64,000 nt of DNA from Balanoglossus misakiensis (GCA_040954595.2 CM082586.2:8649337-8713336), one strand, 5' to 3'; shown: positions 51,718 to 63,555, counted from the first letter of the stretch. The notes: a model not told the origin generated them from the letters alone. Numbers and translations are program-made.

Positions 51718-53542
51718 GTAAGTGACGTCATTATTCGGTAATTGTTATATTTGTCAAACGCGTAACAGATCGACATTAATTGTGCAAATTTAATTTAAGT
51801 CAATACCTTAGATTGACCGTTTCCAATTAAAGGACATAAAACCTGTTAAACTTCGTGATGACAATTTCGGTTCACATAAGTTCAGACGCCACCAACGGTT
51901 GATATTTCGTGAGGATGATTACAGCCTTGTACTCAGCGATCGATTTCTTTACTGCATATGGGCAGAATATTTTATCGGCCCAGTATTTACAAGGATAGTG
52001 TTAATACAATTGAAAGCATAAAATGGCTCGTGCTATTATATATGTCGCGATTTATACCCAAATCAGCCAGAGGCAGGCCTTAATTAAACAAGTTACAATG
52101 TAATTAAATCGTCTTACGCGCATGTGCCAAACCAGAGACTCTGGTTACAAGATTGTATACAGTCAATGCCATAAGTCAGTGTGCTGTCCTAACAACAGAC
52201 AAGATGGCGGCGACCATAGTCTGTGTTGGAGATCGGGAAAAGACAGCAAATTGGGTGAAAAGAAGGGACAAAACTAAAGTCTACTTATACGTTGCGCATG
52301 AAATATGGAAGGAAGCGAAGGCGGTTCACTATTATTTGAATGCGTCGAACCTAACATTTGCAGAATATTTGGATTAGACGTAATATTTGTACATACGAAA
52401 TTACCCTATACGCATAAGACGATCGTCGACCTTGGTAACATAAAACTTTATTAGTCAGCTATCTGTCAGAAGAATAACTGAAGCAAGTTTTATCACAGTG
52501 CAGTTGATTCTGATATATATATATTGCTAGATCTTGTGACCACACAATGTGCATTGACGTTGTTGTATATTTCTGCTTGTGATTTTTGACAGGTCAAAAC
52601 AAAAGGCAGGTAACAAGTATGAGGTTAACGAGGTTATAATTGATGACGAGGGTCGGTCTGGACAAAACTGAATTAAGAAGAATGGATACTCACGCATGAA
52701 GCAAAACGGATGCACTAACATGTCGTCTTCAAACTTATATACCATAATTAAGTCATTTATGATTCAATCAAAACCATTGGTCAAGCGAATCAAATGATAA
52801 AGTATTGCATATAACAGCTAGATTATAGGCATTCAAATTATATCACAACTTGATTTTATTTACTACTTGAGATACATACAAAAGTCTGATAACGTATTAC
52901 TACATGAATTGTAACATGTGTTAGGTCTACGGTATTTCAAAGAGCTTCACTAAAACTCACAAATATCATACCACTAAAGATATTGAAATCAGTGTCCTTT
53001 GTACCATTACGTTTAGTTGCATCACTTTGAATTTCATTCGCCAGGGGAATATAAGATGTCACGACAGTGGAAATGAATACCAGTATCAAAGAAGAGGATT
53101 TGCCCATCCTGATTAGCCTTCTTCGAAGGATCTATGTTTTTTTACAAATTTGGAAAACATGACCTAATATTGTGAACTTGAAGGTGTATTTTACAACTCA
53201 AGTCTCCAATATTGTGCTTATGATGGCAAGATTCGGGAACGAATTATCTGTCGATGAAAACTATTGTATTATTTCTTTGAATGTCTATACAATTCCTTTT
53301 TTATTCCATTTCGCGGATTTCGGACAAGTATATAAGCAAACTAATTTGTTTCTAACAAGAGTTTATATGCAAATAACAACATTCACAATCTCTAAAATCT
53401 GTGTTTAGTTTAACGTTAATGATTATACAGTGTATACCAGTACACTGTTAACAAACGCTATCATTACAAAATAAATATGCATGATATACGGAACTATTAA
53501 ATTTAATCAAAAGATCATTTTATGGCTTATTTCATAGAAATG

Positions 53543-53709
53543 TTACATCCGGGTAGTGACTTCTACTTGTGGAGGAGCTTCATTACTGTCGTCCTTGTCT
53601 TTTGCTTTTCCGTCTTGCGCCTCTTCAGCTTGACGCACATCATCGTTGTCCATGGTAACAGGAGAGATTTTCTTAGACAATTTTCTGATCGCCTGTCTGA
53701 TGACTGGAT
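53543..53709 (-). CDS. SUSD2/mesh-like protein, last coding exon (cytoplasmic tail; acceptor ambiguous)
   Basis: An exon start at 53696 gives QAIRKLSKKISPVTMDNDD...PPQVEVTTRM*; a start at 53709 gives SSHQTGDQKIV* ending at 53673. Confidence 0.55.
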
Positions 53710-53936
53710 CTACAATTGGACGGTTGAATACACATGTTTACTTACATCACTCAAGATCACCACAACTATGTCACATGTAACACCGAACTTGATATCAATT
53801 TTCTTTGTGCAGATTGTATAATTGCACGATTAGAACTATTGTTCGTGCATATAAATTGTGCAAATATCCAGACGGTACATATTATGTATGTGTTTATTTG
53901 TTCATACATTTGCGCCATTACTACTCAATGACTTTG

Positions 53937-54213
53937 ACCCAAAAAAATATGTGCTGTTCCGTTTATGGTTTCAAAAATAGGGTAGGTAGGTAGGGAATTT
54001 TTTTATTTTGTGATTTTTTTTATTTCTTTGGCCGCCGTAGTGTAGAAGAATGACGTCATAGTTCTTGCGTGATTCTCACAATTTTCATAAATTATGCATA
54101 TTTGGCATCGTTATTTTTACTTCCGGTTTACGAAGCTCTAAACGTTTAGGGTCGGCGGGCTAAAATTAGGGTAGGTCGGGTAATGGGAACAACACATATT
54201 TTTTTATTTGGCC
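53937..54213 (+). mobile_element. MITE family A, copy 3
   Basis: Same interior and right TIR ending ggcc-taa; left TIR eroded. Confidence 0.88.
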
Positions 54214-54255
54214 TAATGGAGTTGGACTGGACTTTGGACTTACGATGTCACTTAC

Positions 54256-54394
54256 CCTGAATCCATGGCATACTTTTTGTCAGATTTACAACAGCACGCA
54301 TAGGTAATATACGCAACGACGGCAATAACAATCACTGCGGCTGCGCATGAAAGTCCAATTATAAGTGCTTCTCTAACGTCAGGGTTGATGCCAG
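54256..54394 (-). CDS. SUSD2/mesh-like protein, transmembrane exon
   Basis: tttcag| TGINPDVREALIIGLSCAAAVIVIAVVAYITYACCCKSDKKYAMDSG |gtaagt, 139 nt. Confidence 0.88.
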
Positions 54395-54544
54395 CTGAAA
54401 TAAATTAATATCAGTTGTAAAGCGTATGATACTGGAAGTTTATTTTCGTCAATTTTATGGGGCACATCTCTGGTTCATCCATGCTGTCAGTGCCCTGATA
54501 AAGTTGAGGATCGCCTGCAATAATGCGGCCTGTATATGAATGGC

Positions 54545-54955
54545 ACCATCATCCCCACCACCACCACCACCACCACCGCCGTCGTCATCGTCGTCATCAT
54601 CATCGTCATCATCATCGTCATCATCATCATCACCATCACCATCACCATCACCATCACCACCATCATCATCACCACCACCACCACCATCACCATAATCATC
54701 ATCACCATCATCATTATTATCAACACTGTCATTACCATCATCATCATCACCATCATATCATCATCATCACCATCACCATCACCATCACCATCACCATCAT
54801 CATCATCACCATCACCATCACCATCACCATCATCATCATCATCACCACCATCATCATCAAAATCATCACCATCATCATTATTATCAACACTGTCATTACC
54901 ATCATCATCAACATCAACATCAACATCGTCATCATCAACATCATCATCATCATCA
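54545..54955. repeat. (CAT/CAC)n low-complexity repeat, intronic
   Basis: Directly visible; source of the poly-H/poly-D/poly-M ORFs. Confidence 0.95.
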
Positions 54956-54970
54956 ATATATTTCACCTAC

Positions 54971-55141
54971 TGTAGCATTCAGTTGTAACGCCAGTCCAAA
55001 CTCCATCAATGCATGAGCGTCTTGAATCGCCGTTGATTTCATATCCATCTTCACATGTGAAATAGGCCACATACGTACCATCCTCTTCAAGCAATGTAAT
55101 GGCGCCATGCTCTGGTGGCAACAGTGTTCCACATTCAGTCT
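54971..55141 (-). CDS. SUSD2/mesh-like protein, sushi domain 2
   Basis: tcacag| ETECGTLLPPEHG...FTCEDGYEINGDSRRSCIDGVWTGVTTECY |gtaggt, 171 nt. Confidence 0.88.
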
Positions 55142-55337
55142 CTGTGACCAGAATTAAAACAATAATTTATCCAACCTAGTTAGTTTCTGTGTGGAGAAAA
55201 GCTGACTAGGTTTATAATTATCATACAGAACATACGTTCCGAAAAAAGCAATCATTATGTCTCACAATATAATCAAACTTTCTTATATAATTATTGGAAT
55301 TGAAGTGAGTAATACCAAAACCGAGCCTGTCACATAC

Positions 55338-55529
55338 CTATACAGTCATTTACAGTGTCAATACCAGTCCATCTTCCAATGTCAAGACACTCTCTAGTTG
55401 GTGTACCAGTCTGTACAAAGCCTTCGTCACATTGAAAAGTAACAACACTTCCTGCTTGATGAGTTTTGAAGTCATTTTTGAACGTTTTCGTGCCATTCAA
55501 AGGAGTAGCCAAGTATATACAAACTACAA
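55338..55529 (-). CDS. SUSD2/mesh-like protein, sushi domain 1
   Basis: ttttcag| VVVCIYLATPLNGTK...FQCDEGFVQTGTPTRECLDIGRWTG...CI |gtatgt. Confidence 0.9.
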
Positions 55530-56691
55530 CTGAAAATAAATATATCCTATATAAAAATATGATTTCGGATTATTAGGTCACAGCAAACCCATAACACAAC
55601 CATTCCAGCTAGATGCAAATCTCAAAGGCGCGTCTGCCAATGATTCGAATTTAGTTCATCAGACATAGATACATCGGTCTGATAAGGTTGTAATACTGCT
55701 AGTTTCACACGTTTGTTGTCAAAAGTCAATGAGTTAAACAAAATAATATACGGCCACTATAAGCTCCGCCAACAGATGAGTCCCTATTGATAGAATATTC
55801 TGTTACCGGTGCGACCATGGTATTCAGCAAAGTTCCGTGGTTTTCAATAAAGAGCAGATGTTGGTAGGGCTCTGTCTTTTACTGTAAACGGTTTGTGGAG
55901 CAATTTTCCTTATAAGCTATAGTAAAGGAGGAATATTGCTACCAATATTTATATTACTATAATTCTTTCAAGTAAATTAGTGGCAAAGAAAATAGCAAAA
56001 TGAAACAGTGATATTTATATCGATAACGTCATTAGATATATGTTAAATTATATATGAATATAAGGTAATAAACAAGAGAAAACCTTTACGGCTCAGATAC
56101 GGCTCTTGGTCGTACAGCAGGCTCCTCCGAATGGTTATTGAGCCTTCCACCATACAACATATATGTCATGTAATGGTGAAATACATTCGTCTAGTAGTGT
56201 CGGGATATGATGATGTCTTGATGAAGAGACGTGAACACGTGTAGAGTGTGGATCTAAACGCCGTTGACGTTATTCAGAAAGGCCAGCCGTGGACACACAG
56301 AACAAGCCTGCAGTCCCGACTGGACCATCCTCAGTCCAGCACTCAAGAGTCCGGGAGCTGTCCAACTATGGAACTGAACTAACTCACTAAAATACAGTAT
56401 CGTTTCAAACTGCCCGCGTGGGGTTTGTACAAAACACTATTGTTCTTCGCCCAAATGTAGTCAAATGTAAATATTAGTTCAGCCGGCCACCAGTACGTAA
56501 AATTCTTTTTGTGAGTGTGAATTGGTGATTTTGGATAGAATTTCTGGCGTTCTCACAACCCCTATCCAACACTAAATTGATGTCATGACATATATGTGGC
56601 GGGTGGGGATACGTACCTGGGACACAAACATTATATCTGTCGTCTTGCACATCAATGACAATGAGATTTATAATTTTTTATCAATTCATAC

Positions 56692-56952
56692 CCTTTTCTG
56701 TGCCACTCCGCGTCCGCCCATACCTATCAGCTCCTTGTTTTGTCATATTACCGACATCGATTCTCTGGGTAGTTCTGACGTCAAACTGACACTGCAAATT
56801 ATCTTCACAAACTGTCTCCATTTCTTGTCTCAGTTCGGGTGACAGCTCATCTTCGCTAGGAGGTTCAAAAATGGGCACGAAACTCGGGTCGTGGTAGTCT
56901 TCATGTGTTTTACCTTGGTCGTACTGAAACATATCCGTATTCGTGATCTCCC
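56692..56952 (-). CDS. SUSD2/mesh-like protein exon (post-VWD Cys-containing linker)
   Basis: ttttag| WEITNTDMF...DPSFVPIF...VCEDNLQCQFDVRTT... |gtatga. Confidence 0.88.
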
Positions 56953-57397
56953 CTAAAATTGGACAGTCGAAAATTAAGAAAATAATCGCTAGTTTCATCC
57001 TCGTAAATCCTAAACCCGCATGTTTCTCTAAAAAGGGAATATTTAAATTAAACAACATCGATAACTTAGTGAAGTTTATACTTAAACATTTAAGGCTCTC
57101 AGTTTAGTTAATCACATAAACCCAAGATGTCGAGCATACATTCAATGTTATTCATAAGTAGAAGTGAGGCAAGGACAAAAAAGTTCAGCCCACCAATGAC
57201 AAACTTTGTGAACGAGACACGCGAGGGTTAACCTGTTTCTTTGTTTTAAATTACATGTACTACGTTTCTTCTCTTCTATACGATTTGTTAATTTTTAATT
57301 TTTTTAATCCGGTGACCGTTTATCAGAAAATTTATGTTCATTCTTCGCGACAGGACAGAAATAGAAATTGAAATAATTTCAGAGAATACTTCCTTAC

Positions 57398-57524
57398 ATT
57401 GACGTCCGAAATCAGAAAATATCACTTCCGGGGTTGAATCAGCAGGGACCACAGTGCCGTCAGGTGTTCGCAGATCATCGCTAGGATCATCATTCCAATT
57501 ACCGAACAGGCCTGTAATCATGTT
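57398..57524 (-). CDS. SUSD2/mesh-like protein exon (VWD end)
   Basis: NMITGLFGNWNDDPSDDLRTPDG matches the VWD GL.G..N....DD...P.G motif; donor |gtaagg. Confidence 0.88.
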
Positions 57525-57615
57525 CTTGCCAAATGTGAAGGTGGGGTTATTTTATAGGATTGAATACCACGTATGTACACGCATATATATACGCCTTACA
57601 CCAACTCGATGTTAA

Positions 57616-57956
57616 AGGGACAAAGTCTCTCTCTCTCGCTGCCCCTTTTCCATTAATTATGTTGGATACAAGACACTGTTTATGTTATTACGCACGTGGA
57701 TATATAGTGAATGGGCGTTCGACCACATACAACTTCCATCCCGCTTATAGACACTTGAGGTAAAGACTTGCCAAAATGAATAACCGGTCTCTACCATTTA
57801 TTCATTTTGGCGAGATTTTTACTCTCATATCCTATTAGAAGGATAGAAGTTGTTTGTGGTTGAACGTTGATTTCCTATATATCCACAATAACATAAACGG
57901 TGTCTTGTATCAAATATAATTAATGGAAAAGGGGCAACGAGAGAGACTTTGTCCCT
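57616..57956. mobile_element. Foldback MITE with TTAA TSD (Kolobok-like)
   Basis: ttaa|agggacaaagtctctc... and ...gagagactttgtccct|ttaa. The arms pair imperfectly almost to the centre. AG..CT ends with TTAA fit Kolobok better than piggyBac (CC..GG). Confidence 0.85.
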
Positions 57957-58138
57957 TTAATGTTTTTAGTCCCAGTAACAAAAAATAGTACAGTTTAACA
58001 GATCATGTAGAATTTCATAAATATAGAACCTTGAATCATTTTTTAAATAGAGCTTGCTGCTAGATATACATCAGGTTCTATTGTTAAAAAATTACAATTG
58101 TGTTTTTTTTTATTTCTTTTGATAAACATAAAAGTTAC

Positions 58139-58281
58139 CTTCATAGTGGGTGGCAGTATAAACTGCAGAGTCATCATATCAGTCATTGCGTCAACTTCAA
58201 CTCCAAAACCTCGCTCCATCATGACGTTCACCTTTGTGATTTGTTCATCGTTTTCACGTTCGGGTGTTAGTACAGCAATGC
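58139..58281 (-). CDS. SUSD2/mesh-like protein exon (VWD)
   Basis: GIAVLTPE...KVNVMMERGFGVEVDAMTDMMTLQFILPPTMK |gtaact; phases consistent with neighbours. Confidence 0.85.
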
Positions 58282-58883
58282 CTTGCAGATAGCGAAATGA
58301 GAAATATCAACTTGTATATCATATCAGGTACTGGTGAATATGTACAGTTTGCTTGGAGTAACATACGACACATTTGCCACAAGTTTATTGATCACCGTTT
58401 CTGTTGGAAACCACACACAGTATATTGGGTACCGCGCACGTTCTCTCATTGGGCGTGTTAGTCATGTAAATTCTTATTTTGGCGTTCCTGCTACCTACAT
58501 GACGTCAATCACCGCGTTTACTGTAAGGTGTGAAATAGTTAGTCTCAGGCATTCTCAGGATTCCGCTACATCTGAGCTTTTCAGAATTTTGGCAATTTGT
58601 AGGAAATTACAAACACGGTTAACAACTTATTTTGTCATTCCACATTGATCTGATTTACATGGATAATTTTGTGCTATAAATGTCACGTACATTTTCGTAG
58701 GAGAGAGTCATGATTAGCTTGTGTTTAATCTGTAAAACCAGGTATTTAGCTATAATCAATCAATCAATCAATCAGAGAAATTTGTATCAGTATCTGTAAC
58801 AGTGTCACACTCAAAGGCGCTTGCGCTCACACTGGCCCATACTATATGCTCTTGCGAAAAAATAAGTGGGTCTATTCACTCAC

Positions 58884-59045
58884 CATTGAAATCAAGCCAA
58901 GTTTGATGACCAAAGTCTACACTGTCGCCATTGACTATTAATTCCAGTGTTGTTTCCCCGGCCAGTCGTATTTCTACTTTAGCGCCATTGTTAAGTTCAT
59001 CTTGCACAACCACCGCTCGTAATACGGTAGCATCTACTTCGTTGC
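58884..59045 (-). CDS. SUSD2/mesh-like protein exon (VWD)
   Basis: ttactag| GNEVDATVLRAVVVQDE...LELIVNGDSVDFGHQTWLDFN |gtgagt. Confidence 0.85.
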
Positions 59046-59566
59046 CTAGTAACAAAATGAAACGATCCTCCAGTTAGCATGCAATGACTATATTCCCGTA
59101 CGTGGAAGTATGTGGAATTGTAGGTTGTCTTTTCAACTGAATAATATGCATTTGAACCATTTATACCCAAATTAAGAACTACCATCCATTACTCAAAACA
59201 TCAAGATCTGGTATGCCCTTGATTTGAAATATAAAGTTAACAGTGGTCTTCTGGTGGAATTGAGTGCGACATACATAATAATTAAACGGCATGGTCACAT
59301 ATCACCTCGCCTTGATCAGTTAGACTTTTGACTCTACTCCTTAGTAACATTGCAATAACATACGAAACTATTTCGTAAGTACGATGTAACTTACTGGTGC
59401 GCATGACTTAGTATGTCGTGCCCACGAGAAAGCATGTCGTGCTCAGTTGTGCTGACGACTTAGTTTCTCGTGCGCACGAGAAACTATGTGGCGAGCACGA
59501 GATAATTATTTTCTATTTGCTTTACAGAAATATGACGCATAATCTGGTCTGTTGGTTGTTGCTTAC

Positions 59567-59710
59567 CCTCATCATCTGTTATCTGTTCAAACCGACCTTG
59601 AAGTTCAAATCTATCATCTGTTGTCTTGATTAGTGTGAATTCACCTTTATCGTTGAATGTGTATTCCAATCCATCCAGTGTAATGAAGTGGGGATCTCCA
59701 AAGACAGTAG
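59567..59710 (-). CDS. SUSD2/mesh-like protein exon (VWD start, GDPH)
   Basis: tttgtag| [28 protein letters not shown]...LQGRFEQ |gtaagc. Confidence 0.92.
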
Positions 59711-60264
59711 CTACAAAGAAATGAACATGACATATGAAACAGAAAAAAAACGATCCATATATAGAAATATGATCCTTAACACATATACGATAAATTATTG
59801 TTTTAATAATGATCACAGAGTCTGAATGTGGAACGTCATCAGAACAGACATAACATTGCTGAAATAACATACGAAACGTACGTGGATATATACCCAACGG
59901 TGATTCTTGAAAGACGTCCATGCATTGACGGAGATTGGAATGGTGTTCAAGGTGAATGCTATAGTGATATGTATATATCACCACAGTCGCCTTGGTAAAT
60001 AACTGTTGAACAATTACGGAGATCTTGATGATGTTATTTCTTTGCTATATATGTCATTTGTTATAAACTAATCCTGCTGATGACATATCTTCGTCATTTA
60101 TCTGACAGTATCATAGAGTAACCATAATGTGATATTGCTTTCATTTGCATGACGTTACTTTTACACTATTGCTATACTTATTTCCATCCGTGTGAATTTA
60201 AAAATGTATGACTACTTCTGACTTTATATATATACACACCAAAGAGATGATAAATAATTCTGAC

Positions 60265-60530
60265 CTGGCCTAGGGGGTTCATATTCAATACAATCCTTAG
60301 TAGCTCTTAGTGTCATGTACTTCCAACAGTGATCACCCCACAGGCAACAATAATAGAAAGTGATCACATCAACAAGCCAATGCGACGTAGACGGTACTCG
60401 TCCTATCTGATTGTAAGGAGCTGAACCCCATGTGTGATATCTGTCAGGTGTACTTCCTTGATCTGTATCCAATGCAAACATCAGGTTACCATCGTGGTCA
60501 TAGCAACACTGGTTACCACCGCCTAGTGTT
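60265..60530 (-). CDS. SUSD2/mesh-like protein exon (AMOP, C-terminal part)
   Basis: ttacag| GGGNQCCYDHDGNL...GSTPDRYHTWGSAPY...SHWLVDVITFYYCCLWGDHC...CIEYEPPRP |gtcaga; AMOP signature as in SUSD2/mesh. Confidence 0.92.
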
Positions 60531-61050
60531 CTGTAATCACACGGGGAAAAAGAATGTTAGAGGTATCTTAATGTATTCAGCAACATGGGAGTGATTACAA
60601 ATGTATTATGTCAAACAGTAGTCTCCAGTGGCAACACGTACCATGAAATGCGACAGAAGGGAGTGGTGATATCGCTGAAAACAGGTCTTGAAAATGAAAC
60701 ATATCTGATTATATATAAACCAAAATTTGCCAATGTTTTCATTTTTACATAATTGGAAGCAGTCCACTATTTAAAAAAATCATTGAAATTTTCCAATTAA
60801 AGAATATGTCGGAATCAATTATGCTTAGACAACAAGAAACTGTTTTTTTCATGAAAGGGGTTGATTTACATAACATTTCTGGTAAAACCATTGTTGGCCG
60901 CAGTCACCGCACTTAACACATGCTTGGGGCTCGTTATAGAACGGATTCCTACTAAATACTGGGTGGTTATAAAGCGCTGACTTCTGTGCCCCATGAATTA
61001 ACATGGTATACGTACAACTTCATTTAACTCGACATTTGTATTTTACATAC

Positions 61051-61195
61051 GTTGGTATAACTGCTCGGACACAGTGCAGTGCCCCCTGATGGTAGGTACA
61101 TGTACTTCCTTTGAACATACTACAACCATCATCAGGTTGCCATCTTCCAGTATCAACCAATGCTTGTTGCAAAGTGCACGGACAAGGTAGTAAAC
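61051..61195 (-). CDS. SUSD2/mesh-like protein exon (AMOP)
   Basis: ttgcag| LLPCPCTLQQALVDTGRWQPDDGCSMFKGSTCTYHQGALHCVRA |gtatgt. Confidence 0.92.
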
Positions 61196-61432
61196 CTGCA
61201 AAATATATATGAAAACATAGCTAAATTTTACATTTATTATGTACTGTTAAAGGTTAAACGGTCACCTCCAATTTACAACACACAGTTTGTGACCAATGTT
61301 TGGTTTAGGAATATTCATTATTTCACGCAAGAATCACCGAAACACCAAATACAATACGATAACTGCCACGAAAGTGGGCGGCTAAGTATTTGACGAGATA
61401 AACGAATACAATGAACACTAAGGGATACCTAC

Positions 61433-61575
61433 CTTCGATGAAGTCTGGTTCAGTTTTGTCGTATTCATAAAATTGGGTACATTTTTGAATAGACCACCCA
61501 TAAGGATCAGACTGATAAGCTTCCTCTAAGATGTATCCAAGAGCATGGGGTTTGGCCCACAAAACACGACCATCC
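61433..61575 (-). CDS. SUSD2/mesh-like protein exon (AMOP start)
   Basis: ttttcag| DGRVLWAKPHALGYILEEAYQSDPYGWSIQKC...FIE |gtaggt. Confidence 0.88.
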
Positions 61576-62645
61576 CTGAAAACCCCAATGGGTATGATGA
61601 TTAATTATTATCAACAGGTTAAAAAAATGAATTGTGTTCCTTTCTATTCTAAATTGTAATCAGGAACTGGATAGAAAATACAGGAGTGGACCATTACTTA
61701 TATTTGGGTGGGGCTGATATGTATGGCTCCCATGGTTTCCTATGTCGTACAAGTGTCTGTCTGTCTGACTGTCTGTTTCTCTGTCTGTATGTCAAATATT
61801 CATGACAGTTTAGTCTATCTCAAGGAGTGACCACAAAAGGGAGACTCCTTAAACCAGAAGAGCTGTTGTGGAAACTCTCACTTTTACAGAAATCATCCAA
61901 ACAAAAGTGGTCACCAGAATATTGAAGTAGGATGCAAACATCAGAGAAGTTTTCGCAGGGACCGATTAATCACTCGCCATCATTGACTTTGGATTTAATT
62001 GTGACATAGGCCTATATGGAAATGCAATCTTCACGCACGTTTATGATTTCATGAACACGAGGAAAAAGTTCCAGTTTGCATCATGATGTCAATCGTACGC
62101 GTGTTACTATTTATTTCTTGTTTTACAGTACTGAAAATACCGGAATGATAGAAGAAGTAGGCATGTACTGTGTCAAATATCTTTAGATATTTTACATGAA
62201 ATTTTTGATCATACATGTACGAAAAAGACATTAAACGAGACATTAAACGTTGGAAATTGAAAGACGGCTGTAACCCATGCTTAACTGAGACTTGGCTTGA
62301 TTTTGTTTTTTATTCCGACAAACTGTTCGGTTCTGACCACCCCGGCACTCAGCCAAGGCTGCTCTGGACGTTACTTCTAATAAGCATGCAGTTTGTGTTC
62401 TCATATTCATAACTTCAATGAAATCTTTGTGAAAATGAATAGCTTATGTGCGTCAGCGTTACTTAAATAGAACGAAAAAAGCCATTTCTAGTTTTAAAAA
62501 CTCATAAATTGAACCTTGGTAGAGTCTCATGAACGAACAATACCCATATCTGATAGAATTGTAACGCCATTTGGCCCATGGACTATTTGATTACGGTAGG
62601 TCTATGACCTCAAGTGTATTACTGGGTGAAAGTGAATTTACTCAC

Positions 62646-62949
62646 GGTTTGTTTTCAGCATAAACCCAAATGGTTCCATAGTCAGAACCAGAAGTGACTC
62701 CAGGGACCGGTTCAGCAGTGAATGTTAAGGCGCCATTATTAGGTGTGCTTGCTGCAATAGTGTACACGTGATCCCATCGTGGTCCTTCAGGCCCGTCTTC
62801 TCGATAAGCTACTACTACCACTCTTACCATAGTGGCGTTTATTTCATTGTCGTCCCATTCGATCTTCAATGGTCTCTCCGCGTATCTCCAGTCATCCGAA
62901 CTACTATTGATTCGGCGCACATTGAAGTCGTCCAAACGATCGTAATTTT
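62646..62949 (-). CDS. SUSD2/mesh-like protein exon
   Basis: tatgtag| NYDRLDDF...LKIEWD...YREDGPEGPRWDHVYTIAASTPNNGALTF... |gtgagt. Confidence 0.87.
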
Positions 62950-62957
62950 CTACATAA

Positions 62958-63040
62958 GGCAAAATAAAAAAAACCTTTTCCATTTATATGGTTTTCAAAA
63001 ATAGGGTTGGTAGGTAGGGATTTTTTTTTTGATTCTCTTT
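62958..63040 (+). mobile_element. MITE family A, truncated copy 5
   Basis: taa-ggcaaaataaaaaaa...gttttcaaaaatagggttggtaggtagggattttt matches the left end of family A. Confidence 0.7.
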
Positions 63041-63196
63041 CCGTGACACACGGCAATGTATACAAATGTGGATACACCAACTAACAAATAACGAATGTCA
63101 GAAAACACACAAAAATCAACCGAAACACGAAAACTCATTTCATCCCATTGATATTTTCAAGGTTTGCACGAAAGATGACCACATAACAGATTTTAA

Positions 63197-63488
63197 GGCC
63201 AGAATAAACATGTGTGCTGTTCCGATTACCCGACCTACCCTTAGCTAACTTTTACCCGCCGAACCTAAACCTTTTAGAGCTTCGTAGACCCGGAAGTACA
63301 AATAACGATGCCAAATATACAAAATTTATGAAAATTACGCGAATCACGCAAGAACTATGACGTCATTCTTCTACACTACGGCGGCCAGAGAAATGTTTAA
63401 AAAATTGCAAAATAAAGAAATTTCCCATCCTACCTACCCTATTTTTGAAAACCATGTAATCGGAACAGCACATACTTTTTATTTGGCC
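63197..63488 (-). mobile_element. MITE family A, copy 4 (reverse orientation)
   Basis: Reverse complement of the copy 1 interior, bounded by ggcc TIR ends. Confidence 0.9.
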
Positions 63489-63555
63489 TTGCCATCATCA
63501 TTATTAACAGTGTAATCATCATCAGCTGAAGTAATGAAAAATATCATAAACTTAC

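Noticed and set aside
53710-53745. Apparent 36-nt GT-AG intron before the last SUSD2-like exon
   Set aside because: Probably too short to splice, and no convincing upstream exon was found.
54487-54988. Poly-His, poly-Asp and mucin-like ORFs
   Set aside because: Trinucleotide low-complexity tract inside an intron bounded by good sushi and TM exon splice sites.
29201-63488. Recurring identical ~35-bp sequences as CRISPR-like repeats
   Set aside because: They are inverted termini of dispersed MITEs in a eukaryotic genome; there is no repeat-spacer array and no cas genes.
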